A stretch of 64,000 nt of DNA from an uncultured Holophagales bacterium (GCA_963842525.1 CAWJGT010000001.1:704001-768000), one strand, 5' to 3'; positions 1 through 12,489 are shown, numbered from the stretch's first letter. A program made the numbers and translations. Notes: generated from the sequence alone by a model not told the origin.

Positions 1-123
1 GTGAAGGAAACGACCGGCCCACTCGGGTGTAGGTGCGACGGTGTTCCTCGCCTCCACCACGAGCTGGACGCCACGATCGGGTCCTTCAACGACGAAATCT
101 GCCCGGGGGCGGCTTTCTTCCAT
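1..123 (-). CDS. 5' part of a hypothetical protein with a PD-(D/E)xK-like motif (runs off the window)
   Basis: Manual translation from ATG 123: MEESRPRADFVVEGPDRGVQLVVEARNTVAPTPEWAGRFLH; D...ExR spacing resembles restriction-endonuclease-like folds. Confidence 0.45.
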   Translation of the reverse strand, partial: MEESRPRADFVVEGPDRGVQLVVEARNTVAPTPEWAGRFLH

Positions 124-142
124 GGGGCTGATTATACTCTTC

Positions 143-1110
143 CTACGGCTTGTCCAGACCCAGCGCCCCGATATCGACCCGGTAGATGTCGCCCAAGCCG
201 TTGCCCGGTCCGCTCAGGAGGCGGGAGAAGCTCGTCGTAGGTGAGGCGCTTTTCGAGCGGCTGGTCGGTGAAGCCGCGGGTGCTGGCGAAGAAAAGGTAC
301 TTGCCGTCCGGAGAGAGACGGGGGCCGATCTCGGTGCTCGGGGTGTTGATCGGCGGGCCGAGGTTGCGGGCTGGCGTCCAGCCGCCGTCGCGAAGGGTGC
401 TCGTCCAGAGGTCGCCCTGGCCCTGACCTCCGGACCGCGCGGCCATGAAGATCAGGGTGCGGCCGTCCGGCAGGATCAGCGGCTCGAACTCGTCCTGGGG
501 GGAGTTGACCGCGTCGCCCAGGTTCTCCGGCTCGGCGTACCGGCCGTCTACGAGCCTCGCGCGGTAGAGGTCGGTCCTTCCTTTGCCGCCGGGGCGGTCG
601 GAGCCGAAGTAGAGGGTGCCGTCCGCGGCCAGGGTCGGGAACCATTCATTGCCGGCCGAATTGACCGGTGCTCCCAGATTGCGCGGCTCGCCCCAGCCGG
701 TCGCGGTCTTCTCGACGACCCAGATGTCGAGGTCCTCCTTCGGCTTGTTGTCGATCGGGCGGTTGGAGATGAAGTAGAGCTTCGTTCCGTCGGGCGTAAT
801 GAAGGGGTCGGCGTCGCTGTAGCGGCCGGAGAACGGGGCCACCTCGGGCCGGGTCCAACGTCCTCCTTCGAAGCGCGAGAAGACGATCGTCCAGAAGTTG
901 AATCGTCCGTCGCTCTTGAGGAAATAGAGGGTCAGGCCGTCCGGCGAAAACTGTGGGTGTGTCTCGTATTCGCCCGTCGGGATGCTCCCTGGCGCGAAGA
1001 CCTCCGGGACGGGGACCGGCCGGTCGGACGCCCACGGCTGGGTCTGTCGCCTGCACGACACTCGACCCGCCGGTGAGCAGGAGCAGCAGGGCAACCCGTG
1101 CGCGCTTCAA
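143..1110 (-). CDS. Secreted PD40/TolB-like beta-propeller protein (apparent frameshifts near 1045 and 225)
   Basis: Signal peptide MKRARVALLLLL in one frame; repeats PQFSPDGLTLYF, PFITPDGTKLYFISNR, PRLSPDGKYLFFAS in ORF 132..1094; C-terminus GNGLGDIYRVDI..KP* in another frame. Confidence 0.8.
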
Positions 1111-1111
1111 G

Positions 1112-3475
1112 CTACCCTCCCGACTTCCTCCCCGCCAGGATGACCTCCCGGCCGGCCAGGTAGAGCAGCACGCAGAGGACCGCGAAGGGGATCAGCGCCA
1201 GGGCGTCCGCGGACGGCCCGCTGAAGAACGCGTTGGTGCGGTCCATGTACTGGGTGATCCGGTCGGTGAAGTCGGTCAGGGCAGCGGCCATGAAGGCGAT
1301 GACGATGCCGGCGATGGCGCCTCCCGCGATGTAGCCGGAGGCCATGAGGACGCCGGGGCTCTTGTCTCCTTCGGCGGCGAGCTCGTCTTCAGAGAGCTTG
1401 CGGTGCGCCAGCTTCTTGCGCAGGTGGAGGTCCACCAGCCAGCGGACCAGGCCTCCGGCCAGGATCGGTGTGGTGGACGAGATCGGCAGGTAGACCCCTA
1501 CGGCGAAGGCGAGGGACGGGATGCCCGACATCTCCAGGACCACCGCGATCATCACCCCAAGGAGGACCAGCCCCCAGGGCAGCTCGCGGTTGAGGATGCC
1601 CTTGATGATGTAGGACATCAGCGTCGCCTTCGGGGCGTCGAACTTGTCCACCCGTTGGCCGTTGGGCCGCGTGTCGTGGACGCCGTTGATGCCCGGGTCC
1701 ACCAGGTAGACAGGGGTGCCCTGGGCGTCGACCAGGTAGCGGCCGGCCGGGCCGCCCTGTTCGTCTGTCTTGTGCCAGACGCGATAGGTGCCTGGATCGT
1801 CGGCGGCCTGCGGACCTTTGAGCTTCTCCTCCTTCAACGTCGAGAGCACGGCGGCGGGGACCCGCAGCTCCGGCGCATAGCCCTGGGCCACGATCGTTCC
1901 GGTGGCACGGTCGGCGACCGGCACGTAGACCGTGCCCGAGTCGTTCAGGCGGAGCAGGATGGGCGCCAGGACCAGGGCCGAGGCGGCCGAGCCGAAGAGG
2001 ATTGCAATCTGTTGCGACCGCGGCGTGGCGCCTACCAGGAAGCCGGTCTTGAGCGACTGGGCGATGGTGCCGCCGTTGGAGGAGGCGATGCAGACGATGG
2101 CTCCCACCATCAGGGCCGTCACGTAGTAGCTCGGGCCGGTCCAGCCCAGGATGAGAAAAATCAGGCAGGTCAACAGCAGGGTCGCCACGGTCATGCCCGA
2201 GATCGGGTTCGACGACGAGCCGATCTCGCCCGTCAGGCGCGCCGAGACGGTGACGAAGAGGAAGCCGAAGGCGACGATGAGGATCGCTCCCAGCAGGTTC
2301 ATGTGCAGGGAGCGGAAGGCCAGGATCAGCGCCACCATCGCCAGGCTGCCGAAGACCACCACCTTCATGGAGAGGTCGCGGTCGGTACGCGGTATCGCGA
2401 CGGCGGTGGCCGCCGCGGCGTCCCGGCGCCCCTTGCCGACGTCCGAGAGGCCGCCGCGGATGCCATGCCAGATGGTGGGCAGCGAACGGACGAGGCTGAT
2501 GATGCCGCCCGCGGCCACGGCTCCGGCGCCGATGTAGAGGACGTAGGCGTCGCGGATGTCCTGCGGCCCCATCTGGCCGATGGGCATGGTACCGGGAGAG
2601 ATGACGCCAGGCGCCGCCGCGCCGAAGAACTTGATGGCCGGGATGAGCACCAGATAGGCGAGCACGCCGCCGGCGCACATGATCGAGGCGATCCGCGGGC
2701 CGATGATGTAGCCCACGCCGAGCAGCTCGGGCGAGATCTCGGCGGAGACCGAGCCGGCCGTGAACGGGGGGCCGAAAACTTTTTCCGGGATGTCCTTCCA
2801 GGCCTTGAAGGCCGCCATGGCGGTCTTGTAGAGGACGCCGATGCCGAACCCGGTGAAGATGGTGCGGGCGCCGAGGCCGGCTTCGTCGAGAGAGATCCCC
2901 GCGCCGTGGCGCGCCGCGAGGGCCCGCTCCTCGGGCGTGGCCGCGGCCTTGAGCACCTCGGCGCAGGCCGTGCCTTCCGGGAACTTGAGCAGGCCGTGCT
3001 GCTCGACGATCATGGCCCGCCGCAGCGGGATCATCATCAGGATCCCCAGCAGGCCACCGAGGAGCGAGACCAGGATCGCCCGTACGATGTCGAGGTCGAA
3101 GCCCAGGATGAGGACCGCCGGCATGGTCACGCCGATGCCGAAGGCGAGCGACTCGCCCGCCGAGCCGGCGGTCTGCACGATGTTGTTTTCGAGGATCGAG
3201 GCACCCCGCGTGCCCAGCTTCTGGAGGATGCGGAACAACGTCACCGCGATGACCGCGACCGGGATCGAAGCGCTCACCGTCAGGCCGACCTTGAGCACGA
3301 GGTAGAGAGAGGAGGCGCCGAACAGGGCGCCGAGCACCGTGCCCAGGATCAGGGGCAGGGGCGTCATCTCGGGGAGCTGGACCTCGGCCGGGATGAAAGG
3401 CCGGAAGACCGGTGTCGCCTCAGGCGTCGGAGCCAGCGGTTCGATCTGGTCGGGAAAGGCTTCTGGCGTGGCCAT
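1112..3475 (-). CDS. OPT family oligopeptide transporter
   Basis: [54 protein letters not shown]; many TM helices. Confidence 0.92.
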   Translation of the reverse strand: MATPEAFPDQIEPLAPTPEATPVFRPFIPAEVQLPEMTPLPLILGTVLGALFGASSLYLVLKVGLTVSASIPVAVIAVTLFRILQKLGTRGASILENNIVQTAGSAGESLAFGIGVTMPAVLILGFDLDIVRAILVSLLGGLLGILMMIPLRRAMIVEQHGLLKFPEGTACAEVLKAAATPEERALAARHGAGISLDEAGLGARTIFTGFGIGVLYKTAMAAFKAWKDIPEKVFGPPFTAGSVSAEISPELLGVGYIIGPRIASIMCAGGVLAYLVLIPAIKFFGAAAPGVISPGTMPIGQMGPQDIRDAYVLYIGAGAVAAGGIISLVRSLPTIWHGIRGGLSDVGKGRRDAAAATAVAIPRTDRDLSMKVVVFGSLAMVALILAFRSLHMNLLGAILIVAFGFLFVTVSARLTGEIGSSSNPISGMTVATLLLTCLIFLILGWTGPSYYVTALMVGAIVCIASSNGGTIAQSLKTGFLVGATPRSQQIAILFGSAASALVLAPILLRLNDSGTVYVPVADRATGTIVAQGYAPELRVPAAVLSTLKEEKLKGPQAADDPGTYRVWHKTDEQGGPAGRYLVDAQGTPVYLVDPGINGVHDTRPNGQRVDKFDAPKATLMSYIIKGILNRELPWGLVLLGVMIAVVLEMSGIPSLAFAVGVYLPISSTTPILAGGLVRWLVDLHLRKKLAHRKLSEDELAAEGDKSPGVLMASGYIAGGAIAGIVIAFMAAALTDFTDRITQYMDRTNAFFSGPSADALALIPFAVLCVLLYLAGREVILAGRKSGG

Positions 3476-3498
3476 GGGTGGACCCTAACATAGGCGGG

Positions 3499-3648
3499 CC
3501 CCTCACCCCCCTGGCCCCCCTCTCCCATCCGCACTCACACCCACCCGGGAGAGGGGGGAAGAGAAACCACGATGGAAATTCCTGGGTGGGAGGCTCCCCT
3601 CTCCCGGAGGTCGGGAGTGCGGATGGGAGAGGGGCCGGGGGTGAGGGC
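3499..3648. repeat. REP-like palindromic element (CCCTCACCCCC...GGGGGTGAGGG family)
   Basis: Terminal inverted repeats ccctcacccccctggcccccctctcccatccgcactc / gagtgcggatgggagaggggccgggggtgaggg; related copies at 14956, 19453 and 50475. Confidence 0.8.
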
Positions 3649-3653
3649 TCCGT

Positions 3654-5715
3654 CTACATCATCGCGACCGGCGGCGCCGGCTCATCCGGGCTGCCCGCGT
3701 TGGCCAGGGGCACGCGGACCAGGACGAAGGCGATGAGCGCCATCACCACGAGCCCGAAGATGTACGACGGCGTCTCGAAGATCACGGGCAGCGGCCATTC
3801 GAAGAAGTTGAAGGTCGCGGTCCCCAGCCCGACGAGCGCCTCGCCGGCGATCAGGCCGGACGCCACCAGCACGCCGACGTTCTCCACGCGCGCCTTCTGG
3901 GCTTCGTTGAAGCCCTTGCGCTCGCGCATCCTGTCGGTCAGCCCGCGGATCATGCCGCCGACGAAGATCGCGAAGGTCGTGGCGAGCGGCAGGTACATGC
4001 CGACCGCGACGAGCATGGGGCTGCGCACCTTGAGCAGGATCATCGCGAACGCCCATGAGGATGCCGACAACCACGAGAGCCCAGGGCATGTCCCCGCCCA
4101 CGATCCCCTGGGCGAGCGATGCCATCAGCCCGGCCTGCGGCGCGGAAAGCTGGCGGTCGCCGAAGCCGATGCCCCCGGCCTTGATGTTGCCGAAGTGGAG
4201 GATCATCACCGGGAAGTACATGAGGAGGCTCGCGCAGACCACCGCGATCAGCTCGACGATCTGGATGGTCCGCGGTGTGCCGCCGAGGATGTAGCCGACC
4301 TTGAAGTCCTGGAGCAGCTCGCCGGCCACCGCCGACGATACGCAGACCACGGCCGCCACGCCGAGGACCGCCACGATGCCGCTCGCTCCCGACACGCCGA
4401 GCGAGACCATCAGCAAGGCCGCGATGATCAGCGTCGAGAGCGTGAGGCCGGAGATCGGGTTGTTCGAGGAGCCGATCAATCCGACGAGATAGCCGGACAC
4501 GGTGGCGAAGAAGAAGCCCGCCAGGAGCATCACGAGGGCGGCCACGATGGCTCCCATCACGAGGCCCGTCATGTAGACGTAGAGGAAGGTCATCAGGACG
4601 AAGACGACGGCGATCAGGAAGAAGACCGTGCGCGAGCTCATGTAGCGCTCGGTCCGCCCGACCTCGGCCTCGTGCACGGCCTTGCCTTTGAGCTCGGCGA
4701 AGGCCCGCGCGAGCCCTCCGAACAGGTTCTTCCGCATCCGGTAGAGCGTGTAGGCCGCGCCAACGAGCATCCCGCCGACGGCGATGGGCCGGACGATGAA
4801 GCGCCAGACGAGGAGGACGGTGCCGGCCCAGCTCTCGGTGTCCGAGCCCGGCGGGAGGAACGTCTGGAGCTGAGGGCCGAGAAGGAACATGAGGAGCGGC
4901 ACCATGAGGCCCCACGCGAGGACGCCGCCGGAGAAGTTGAGCGCCGCCAGCTCGGGGCCGATGATGTAGCCGACCCCGATATAGGCCGGGCTCACGCTGG
5001 GCGCCGCGAACGTGGTGACGCCTCCCGTGGTCAACGCGGGAGCGCCGGCGCCGGCGCCGGCGCCCAGCCGGATCTTGCTCAGCCCGGCGAGGGAGCCCAC
5101 CTTGATCAGGAGGTCCTTGTCCTGCGCGAACAGGCGGAGGACTCCGAGGATGTACACCAGCGCGCCGAAGCCCATGCTGTAGAAGAGGTACTTGGCCGCC
5201 TGGGCGCCGCGCTGTCCGGCCTTGTGGATCTCCGAAGCGGCCACCGACTCGGGGAACGGAAGCTCGCGGTCCTCGACCATCACGCGGCGCACCAGGGAGA
5301 CGAACAGGACGCCCAGGACGCTGCCGACCAGCATCAGCGCCGTGGATTTCCAGTAGGCGTCCTCCGGGGCGAAGGACGGCCACACACCGGCGATGACGAA
5401 GGCCGGCAGCGTGAAGATGGCACCGGCCGCGACGGACTCGCCGATCGAGCCCGCGGTCCGCGCGATGTTCTCTTCGAGGATCGACCCCTTCCGCAGGCGG
5501 AGGATCGCCATGCTGATCACCGCGGCCGGGTAGGTCGCGGCGATGGTCACCCCGGCGCGCAGGCCCAGGTAGGCGTTGGCCGCACCGAGCACGAGCGTCA
5601 TCACGAGGCCGAGGAACACGGCGCGGAACGTGAACTCCCGCATCGCGACGCTTTCGGGGACGAAAGGCTGATGGCGAGATCCGGCGGGTTGCTTGGACTC
5701 TTGATTCCCGTTCAT
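3654..5715 (-). CDS. OPT family oligopeptide transporter, second paralog (frameshift near 4050)
   Basis: NAYLGLRAGVTIAATYP, EENIARTAGSIGES, FPESVAASEI, SSNNPISGLTL; C-terminus VAVGMYLPLAT in ORF 3654..4070. Confidence 0.9.
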
Positions 5716-5751
5716 CGGAGCCCTCAGGTTGGCGGTTTATGTGGCCGGGCG

Positions 5752-5780
5752 ACTTTACCGTGCAGGCCTGGGGCTGTCAA
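5752..5780 (-). promoter_or_regulatory. Sigma70-type promoter for the OPT genes
   Basis: Minus strand TTGACA (5780-5775), 17 nt, TAAAGT (5757-5752), upstream of ATG 5715. Confidence 0.6.
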
Positions 5781-5797
5781 CGCGACACGCCCAGCCG
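5773..5797 (+). repeat. Left copy of 25-bp direct repeat flanking the ATP-grasp/precursor cassette
   Basis: gctgtcaacgcgacacgcccagccg vs gctgtcaacgcgatacgcccagccg at 7364-7388 (1 mismatch). Confidence 0.85.
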
Positions 5798-5891
5798 GGG
5801 AGAAACTCCGGCGTCTCCTCTTCGTATCCACAGGGGGAGCCTGCGGCCGTTGCTCTCGGATTGACAGGCCAGATGTGGAGATTGCCACGAT

Positions 5892-7025
5892 ATGCCCCGG
5901 AAGCGCGTCCTGATCGTCTCGTCGGCGGACGACCTGCATGCCAATGCCCTGGCGTACGCCCTGAAGAGGAAGGGCCACGGGTGCGAATGCCTGTTCACGC
6001 CGGATTTCCCGACCCTCCTCGCGATGTCGATGCGCCAGGATCCGGAGGACCGGGCAAGCCGGCTCCTCATGCGCGGGCACGGCATCACGGAGGACGACCA
6101 GAGCGAGCCGTTCGACACGATCTGGCTGCGCCGGCAGAAGGGCGCCTTCCTGCCTGAGGACATGCACCCGGGCGACAAGGAGATCGCGTCGTACCAGTGC
6201 GAGAGCTTCCTGGCGAGCGTGCTCGCCTTCCTCGATCGGGGACCGGGCACCTTCTGGGTGAACCCCATGTCGAGCGATCCGTGGGCTCGACAAAAGCCCT
6301 ACCAGTTGAGGAGCGCCGTCCGGGCGGGCCTGACGATCCCGGACACGCTCGTCAGCAACGATCCGGCCGAGATCCGGGCCTTCCTCCGCGAGCAGGGTGG
6401 CGTCGTCGCCCACAAACTGCTGGAAAATGCCGCCTGGATCTCCGGCGATGAAGAGCATGTGTTTGCCGCCTATACTGCTCCGGTCACAGCGGAGCAGCTT
6501 CCCGAGGACGCCGTGGTGCGGCTGTGCCCGGGCATTTTTCAACCTCTCCTGCAAAAGCGCTTCGAGGTCCGGGTCGCCTGCCTTGGAGATTTCCTTGTGG
6601 CCCTTCGCATCAACTCGCAAACGAATGATCGCGCGGCGACGGACTGGCGGGCGGGTCAGTTCAATATCGAGATGGAGCCGTACACCCTGCCGCAGGAGGT
6701 TGCAGAGGGCTGTCGCCGTCTGCTCAAGGGGCTCGGCCTGGCCTACGGAGCCATCGATTTCGTCGTGACCCCCGAGGGCGAGCACGTCTTTCTGGAAGTC
6801 AATCCCCAGGGGCAGTTCCTGTTTCTCGAAGACCGCGCGGGGTTGCCGCTCCTCGACATGTTCAGCGAGCTCCTCGTGGCAGGCACCCGGGAGTTCACCT
6901 GGCGCGATGACCATGAGGTGGTGCGCTTCGAGGAATTCCTGGAGTCGCGGAAAGAGACCTGGCCTGTCGAAGCCACCCAGCATGTCTATCCCCCCAGGCC
7001 CATAGGCGTGCCGGACATGGCGTGA
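5892..7025 (+). CDS. MvdC/MvdD-like ATP-grasp RiPP maturase (graspetide synthetase)
   Basis: VLIVS..DDLHA, DTIWLRR, FWVNP, KPYQL..A...GLTIPDTLVSNDP, IFQ..LQKRFEVRV, DWR, YGAIDFVVTPEGEHVFLEVNPQGQFLFLE. Confidence 0.85.
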   Translation: MPRKRVLIVSSADDLHANALAYALKRKGHGCECLFTPDFPTLLAMSMRQDPEDRASRLLMRGHGITEDDQSEPFDTIWLRRQKGAFLPEDMHPGDKEIASYQCESFLASVLAFLDRGPGTFWVNPMSSDPWARQKPYQLRSAVRAGLTIPDTLVSNDPAEIRAFLREQGGVVAHKLLENAAWISGDEEHVFAAYTAPVTAEQLPEDAVVRLCPGIFQPLLQKRFEVRVACLGDFLVALRINSQTNDRAATDWRAGQFNIEMEPYTLPQEVAEGCRRLLKGLGLAYGAIDFVVTPEGEHVFLEVNPQGQFLFLEDRAGLPLLDMFSELLVAGTREFTWRDDHEVVRFEEFLESRKETWPVEATQHVYPPRPIGVPDMA

Positions 7026-7101
7026 GGAAAAGGAATGAGCGAGGACCTGCCCAGTATGTTCTGGGTGTGACGATAGGAGCCTCGATGAAGGAGGAAACGA
7101 A

Positions 7102-7272
7102 ATGAAGAATGAAGGACAGCGCCTGCTTTGCCGAAGCCTCGCCAAGGAGCTCAGCCCGGAAGAGCTGAAGATCGTGCGCGGCTCGGAGGACAACCAGGAC
7201 CCGGGTGGTAGTGGCGGTGGCGGCGGTCCGACCACCCTGGCGGTGACGGGCCTCGGCCATGAAGACAACTAG
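7102..7272 (+). CDS. Putative graspetide precursor peptide, 56 aa (not in the ORF track)
   Basis: RBS AAGGAGG 7088-7094; MKNEGQRLLCRSLAKELSPEELKIVRGSEDNQDPGGSGGGGGPTTLAVTGLGHEDN*; directly downstream of the ATP-grasp gene. Confidence 0.8.
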   Translation: MKNEGQRLLCRSLAKELSPEELKIVRGSEDNQDPGGSGGGGGPTTLAVTGLGHEDN

Positions 7273-7363
7273 CCACTAGAGAAGTGAGAGCGGATTGCCG
7301 AAGCGCACCTGCGCCGCCCGCCGTATGCGGCGCAGGTGCCTACGGCTCTGGAGCACGCTTGGC

Positions 7364-7388
7364 GCTGTCAACGCGATACGCCCAGCCG
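7364..7388 (+). repeat. Right copy of the 25-bp direct repeat
   Basis: Matches 5773-5797 at 24/25 positions. Confidence 0.85.
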
Positions 7389-7406
7389 CGGCGGACCAGA
7401 CCCCGG

Positions 7407-9023
<1,617 letters not shown>

Positions 9024-9026
9024 CCG

Positions 9027-10340
9027 TCACCTCGGTCGGTTCAGGGAAAGATAATCCACCAGGAGCCGCGCCATGGCCCGCATGCCCACCGCGACGGAGC
9101 TGTCGTCCGCCCGGAAGGTGGGTGTGTGCAATCCGCCGGATGTCGTGCCCGGTTTGACGACGCCGAGCCGGAAGTAGAAGCCCGGGACGACATTGGCGAA
9201 ATAGGCGAAGTCTTCGCCGGCCATGGTCGGATCGACGATCTTGACGTTGCCGGCCCCGAACGCCCGCTCGAGCAGAGGCCGGACCTTCTCGGTCAGCGCC
9301 GGATCGTTGACCGTGGCCGGCGCGTTGCGCTGGTACTCCATCTCGAAGGCGCCGCCGTTGGCGCGGGTGATCCCGTCCAGGATCTCGCGCATGCGGCGCT
9401 CCACTGTATTGCGGACGTCCTCTTTATAGGTGCGCACCGTGCCCTCGAGGAGGACTTCCCCTGGGATGATGTTGAACCGCTCGCCGCCGCGGACGATGCC
9501 GACGGTCAAGACGCTCGGCTCCAGGGCGGGCAGGGTGCGGGAGCGAATGGTCTGCAGGGCCAGGATGGCCTCCGCCGCCATGACCACCGGATCGATGGCC
9601 AGGTGGGGATAGGCGCCGTGCGCCTGCTTGCCCTGGATGCGGATGCGGAACTGGTCGACCGCGGCCATGGTCGGGCCGGGGTTGAAGCCGATCTGGCCGA
9701 CCTCCATGTCCGGGAAGGCGTGCAGGGCGAAGGCGGCCTCGGGCTTGCCGCCGGACCAGACGCCCTCTTCGAGCATCAGCTCGGCGCCGCCGCGCTCGCC
9801 CGGCGGCGGTCCCTCCTCGGCCGGCTGGAAGATGAACTGGATGGTGCCGGGGATCTGGTCCTTCATGGACGTCAGGACCGCGGCCACACCCAGCAGCGCG
9901 GAGGTGTGGATGTCGTGGCCGCAGGCGTGGGCCACGCCGACCTCCTGGCCGAGGAAAGTGTCCTTCTTGGTCGACCGGAACGGGAGGTCGGTCTGCTCGA
10001 TGACCGGCAGCGCGTCCATGTCGGCGCGGGCGGCAATGAGCGGGCCGGGCCGGCCGCCGCGCAGGACGGCGACGACGCCGGTCTTGGCGATGCCGGTCTT
10101 GACCTCCAGGCCGAGGCCGCGCAGGTAGTCGGCGACCAGCTTGGCGGTCTCGGTCTCGCGGTTGCTCAGCTCCGGATTCTGGTGGAGCTTGTGGCGGATC
10201 TCCACGATCTGCGGAGCCATCTGCTCGACAGCACGGTCGATCCGCGTCCCGAGATCGATCTGGGCTGCCGCGGCAGCCGGGATGGCGAACGCTCCGAGCA
10301 CCGCCAGCGCTGCGCGCCCGGTCCTCCAACGAGAGTGCAT
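9027..10340 (-). CDS. Secreted M20 family amidohydrolase
   Basis: HQNPELSNRE, RADMDALP, HACGHDIH, FQPAEEG, GEDFAYF; signal peptide. Confidence 0.92.
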   Translation of the reverse strand: MHSRWRTGRAALAVLGAFAIPAAAAAQIDLGTRIDRAVEQMAPQIVEIRHKLHQNPELSNRETETAKLVADYLRGLGLEVKTGIAKTGVVAVLRGGRPGPLIAARADMDALPVIEQTDLPFRSTKKDTFLGQEVGVAHACGHDIHTSALLGVAAVLTSMKDQIPGTIQFIFQPAEEGPPPGERGGAELMLEEGVWSGGKPEAAFALHAFPDMEVGQIGFNPGPTMAAVDQFRIRIQGKQAHGAYPHLAIDPVVMAAEAILALQTIRSRTLPALEPSVLTVGIVRGGERFNIIPGEVLLEGTVRTYKEDVRNTVERRMREILDGITRANGGAFEMEYQRNAPATVNDPALTEKVRPLLERAFGAGNVKIVDPTMAGEDFAYFANVVPGFYFRLGVVKPGTTSGGLHTPTFRADDSSVAVGMRAMARLLVDYLSLNRPR

Positions 10341-10494
10341 GCCTGCCTCCAAGCGAGGAGCGCCGGCCGCTCCACGTCCGGGAGCGACAGCGCGGGACGA
10401 AAAACCTGTGGAGTCTACACCGAAGTCCCGGCAGGTGCGGGAGGGAGGCGATTCATGGGGCGCTGTTGCTAGCCCGGCGATTCATCGCCGGGCT

Positions 10495-11151
10495 TTAATG
10501 CCCGCCGGCCGCGTCTCCCCAGACCTGCTGGAGACGCCGGTCACGGCCGCAGCTCGAGCGGTAGAAGTTGTACCGGATGGGGTTCTTCTTGTAGTAGTCC
10601 TGGTGGTACTCCTCGGCGGACCAGAACTTCGCGGCCGGCACGATCTGCGTGGCCACCGACTTGCCGAGCTTCTTCTCGACCTCCTGCTTCGAGGCCTCGG
10701 CCAGCCGCTTCTGCTCGTCGCCGTGGTAGAAGATGGCCGACCGGTACTGCTCGCCGGCGTCGCAGAACTGGCGGTTCACCGCGAACGGGTCGATGTTGTG
10801 CCAGAAGACGTCCAGGAGCTTCTGGTAGCTGACCTTCCTGGGGTCGTAGACCACCTGGACGGCCTCCGTGTGGCCGGTGCCGCCGGACGAGACCTCTTCA
10901 TAGCTCGGCTTGTCCTTGCGGCCGCCGGTATAGCCCGAGGTGGTCGAGGCCACGCCGTCCAGCTTGTCGTAGGGCGGCTCCATGCACCAGAAACAGCCGC
11001 CGGCAAAGGTGGCCACGGCGAGGCCGTTGGCCGGCTTCGGCGGCTGGGACGTCTGGGCGGGAACGGCCTGTGCGGTCCGTGGGCTCCAGAGCACCAGGAC
11101 GACGAGGCCGGCGAGGATCAGGATCAAGGCGAAGGTGGCTGCTGGTTTCAT
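10495..11151 (-). CDS. msrA: Peptide-methionine (S)-S-oxide reductase with signal peptide
   Basis: FAGGCFWCME, GHTEAVQVVYDP, QYRSAIFY, AEEYHQDYY; likely start MKPAATF at 11151. Confidence 0.95.
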   Translation of the reverse strand: MKPAATFALILILAGLVVLVLWSPRTAQAVPAQTSQPPKPANGLAVATFAGGCFWCMEPPYDKLDGVASTTSGYTGGRKDKPSYEEVSSGGTGHTEAVQVVYDPRKVSYQKLLDVFWHNIDPFAVNRQFCDAGEQYRSAIFYHGDEQKRLAEASKQEVEKKLGKSVATQIVPAAKFWSAEEYHQDYYKKNPIRYNFYRSSCGRDRRLQQVWGDAAGGH

Positions 11152-11330
11152 AGGTTCTCCCACGATCGTCAAACCGCCCTGGAGCCCCCGGGATTCCGGG
11201 GCGCGGCTGTAACGCGCCGGCCGCGGGCGATCGCCGAAGATGCTACGGACGGTGCGTCGCCGCGGATTGCCGTGCCGGTGATATCGTTGTACCAGGCCAT
11301 TTTGCCAAGCCAGACCCTTGGAGAGCTCGC

Positions 11331-12093
11331 ATGAACGTTCCAACCCAACCCACGTACTCTGCTCCGCCCCCGAAGAAAGGCCTCAGCCCGCTTGCCTGGG
11401 TCGGCATCGGCTGCGGCGTCATCGTCGTCCTCGGCGTAATCTCCTTTGTCGCCTTCGGCTTCTGGGTGAAGAACAAGGCCACCCAGTATGCCGACAAGTT
11501 CGAGAAGAACCCGACCATGGCCGCCGCGGAGCTGGCTGTCCGCATGAACCCGGAGCTGCGAGCTCGTCAAGATGGACGAGGACAAGTCCACCCTGACTGT
11601 CCGCAACAAGAAGACCGGCGAAGAGATCACCCTGAACGCCGAGGATGCAAAGGAAGGGCGGTGGAGCGTCGAGACCAAGGACGGCACGACGACCTATGAC
11701 TCCTCCGGGGTCAAGGTGACCGGCGCTGACGGCCAGGTGGCGACCTTCCAAGCCGGCGGAGGTGCGCCCCAGAACCTCCCCTCCTGGCTGCCCGTCTACC
11801 CGGGCGGCACGGCGCAGGGCTCGATCGACTCCAGCTCGGGCGAATCGCGCTCCGCGGCCTTCAGCGTGACCACGAGCGACCCGGCGGACAAGGTACTCTC
11901 CTTCTACGAGCAGACGCTGAAGGATGCGGGCCTCAAGGTCGAAAAGACCACCTTCAATACCAATGACCGGTTGAGCGGCGGCGTGGTGAGCGGCACCGGC
12001 GAGAACCCGACCCGGCAGGTCGGCGTCACCGTCTCCACCCAAGGCGACGGTACGACCCAGGCCGCGGTGTCGTTCAGCGAGACGAAGGGCTAG
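11331..12093 (+). CDS. Hypothetical membrane-anchored protein (frameshift near 11560)
   Basis: PPPKKGLSPLAWVGIGCG TM segment in ORF 11331; continues in ORF 11572..12093 with LPSWLPVYPG. Confidence 0.7.
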
Positions 12094-12151
12094 GTCAAGA
12101 AGGCTGAATTGCAGGCGAGCCGTGCTGCAGGTCGGCGATCCGGCCCCGTCG

Positions 12152-12251
12152 TGTCATCCTGAGCGGGAGCGAAGGATCTGGGGGATGGGAGGCTCGAATC
12201 GGCGCGGTTCGCCAGCCGGAGCTTTCCCCGCCCAGATCCTTCGCTACGCTC
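12152..12251. repeat. REP-like palindrome (TGTCATCCTGAGCG...GAAGGATCT family), right arm truncated
   Basis: gagcgggagcgaaggatctggg / cccagatccttcgctacgctc inverted repeat. Confidence 0.7.
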
Positions 12252-12365
12252 CAGCGGCAAGGGGCCGAAGCGCCGGTCGAGTTGGCGGAGCAGGGTCTGT
12301 TGGATGCCCTGGTCGCGCAGGAAGGTGCGCAGCAATCGTTTGAACAGCAGGTCATGATCGGGCAT
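12250..12365 (-). pseudogene. Internally deleted remnant of an Rpn-family/DUF4351 putative transposase gene
   Basis: MPDHDLLFKRLLRTF (Rpn-type N-terminus) joined directly to QGIQQTLLRQLDRRFGPLP (DUF4351-type C-terminus). Confidence 0.6.
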
Positions 12366-12489
12366 GGGTAGATCCCGGGAGGCGCCGCCTGCCCCATCGG
12401 CGCGCACACCTCCCTATGCCCTATAAAAAGACGAAAAACGGACCGCCGATCTTGCATAACTCGCCAAGAAAGTCGCGGCGAGCCCCAGA

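Noticed and set aside
1112-5715. Tandem OPT transporters as exporters for the RiPP
   Set aside because: They lie outside the direct-repeat-bounded cassette, are divergently transcribed, and OPT proteins are importers.
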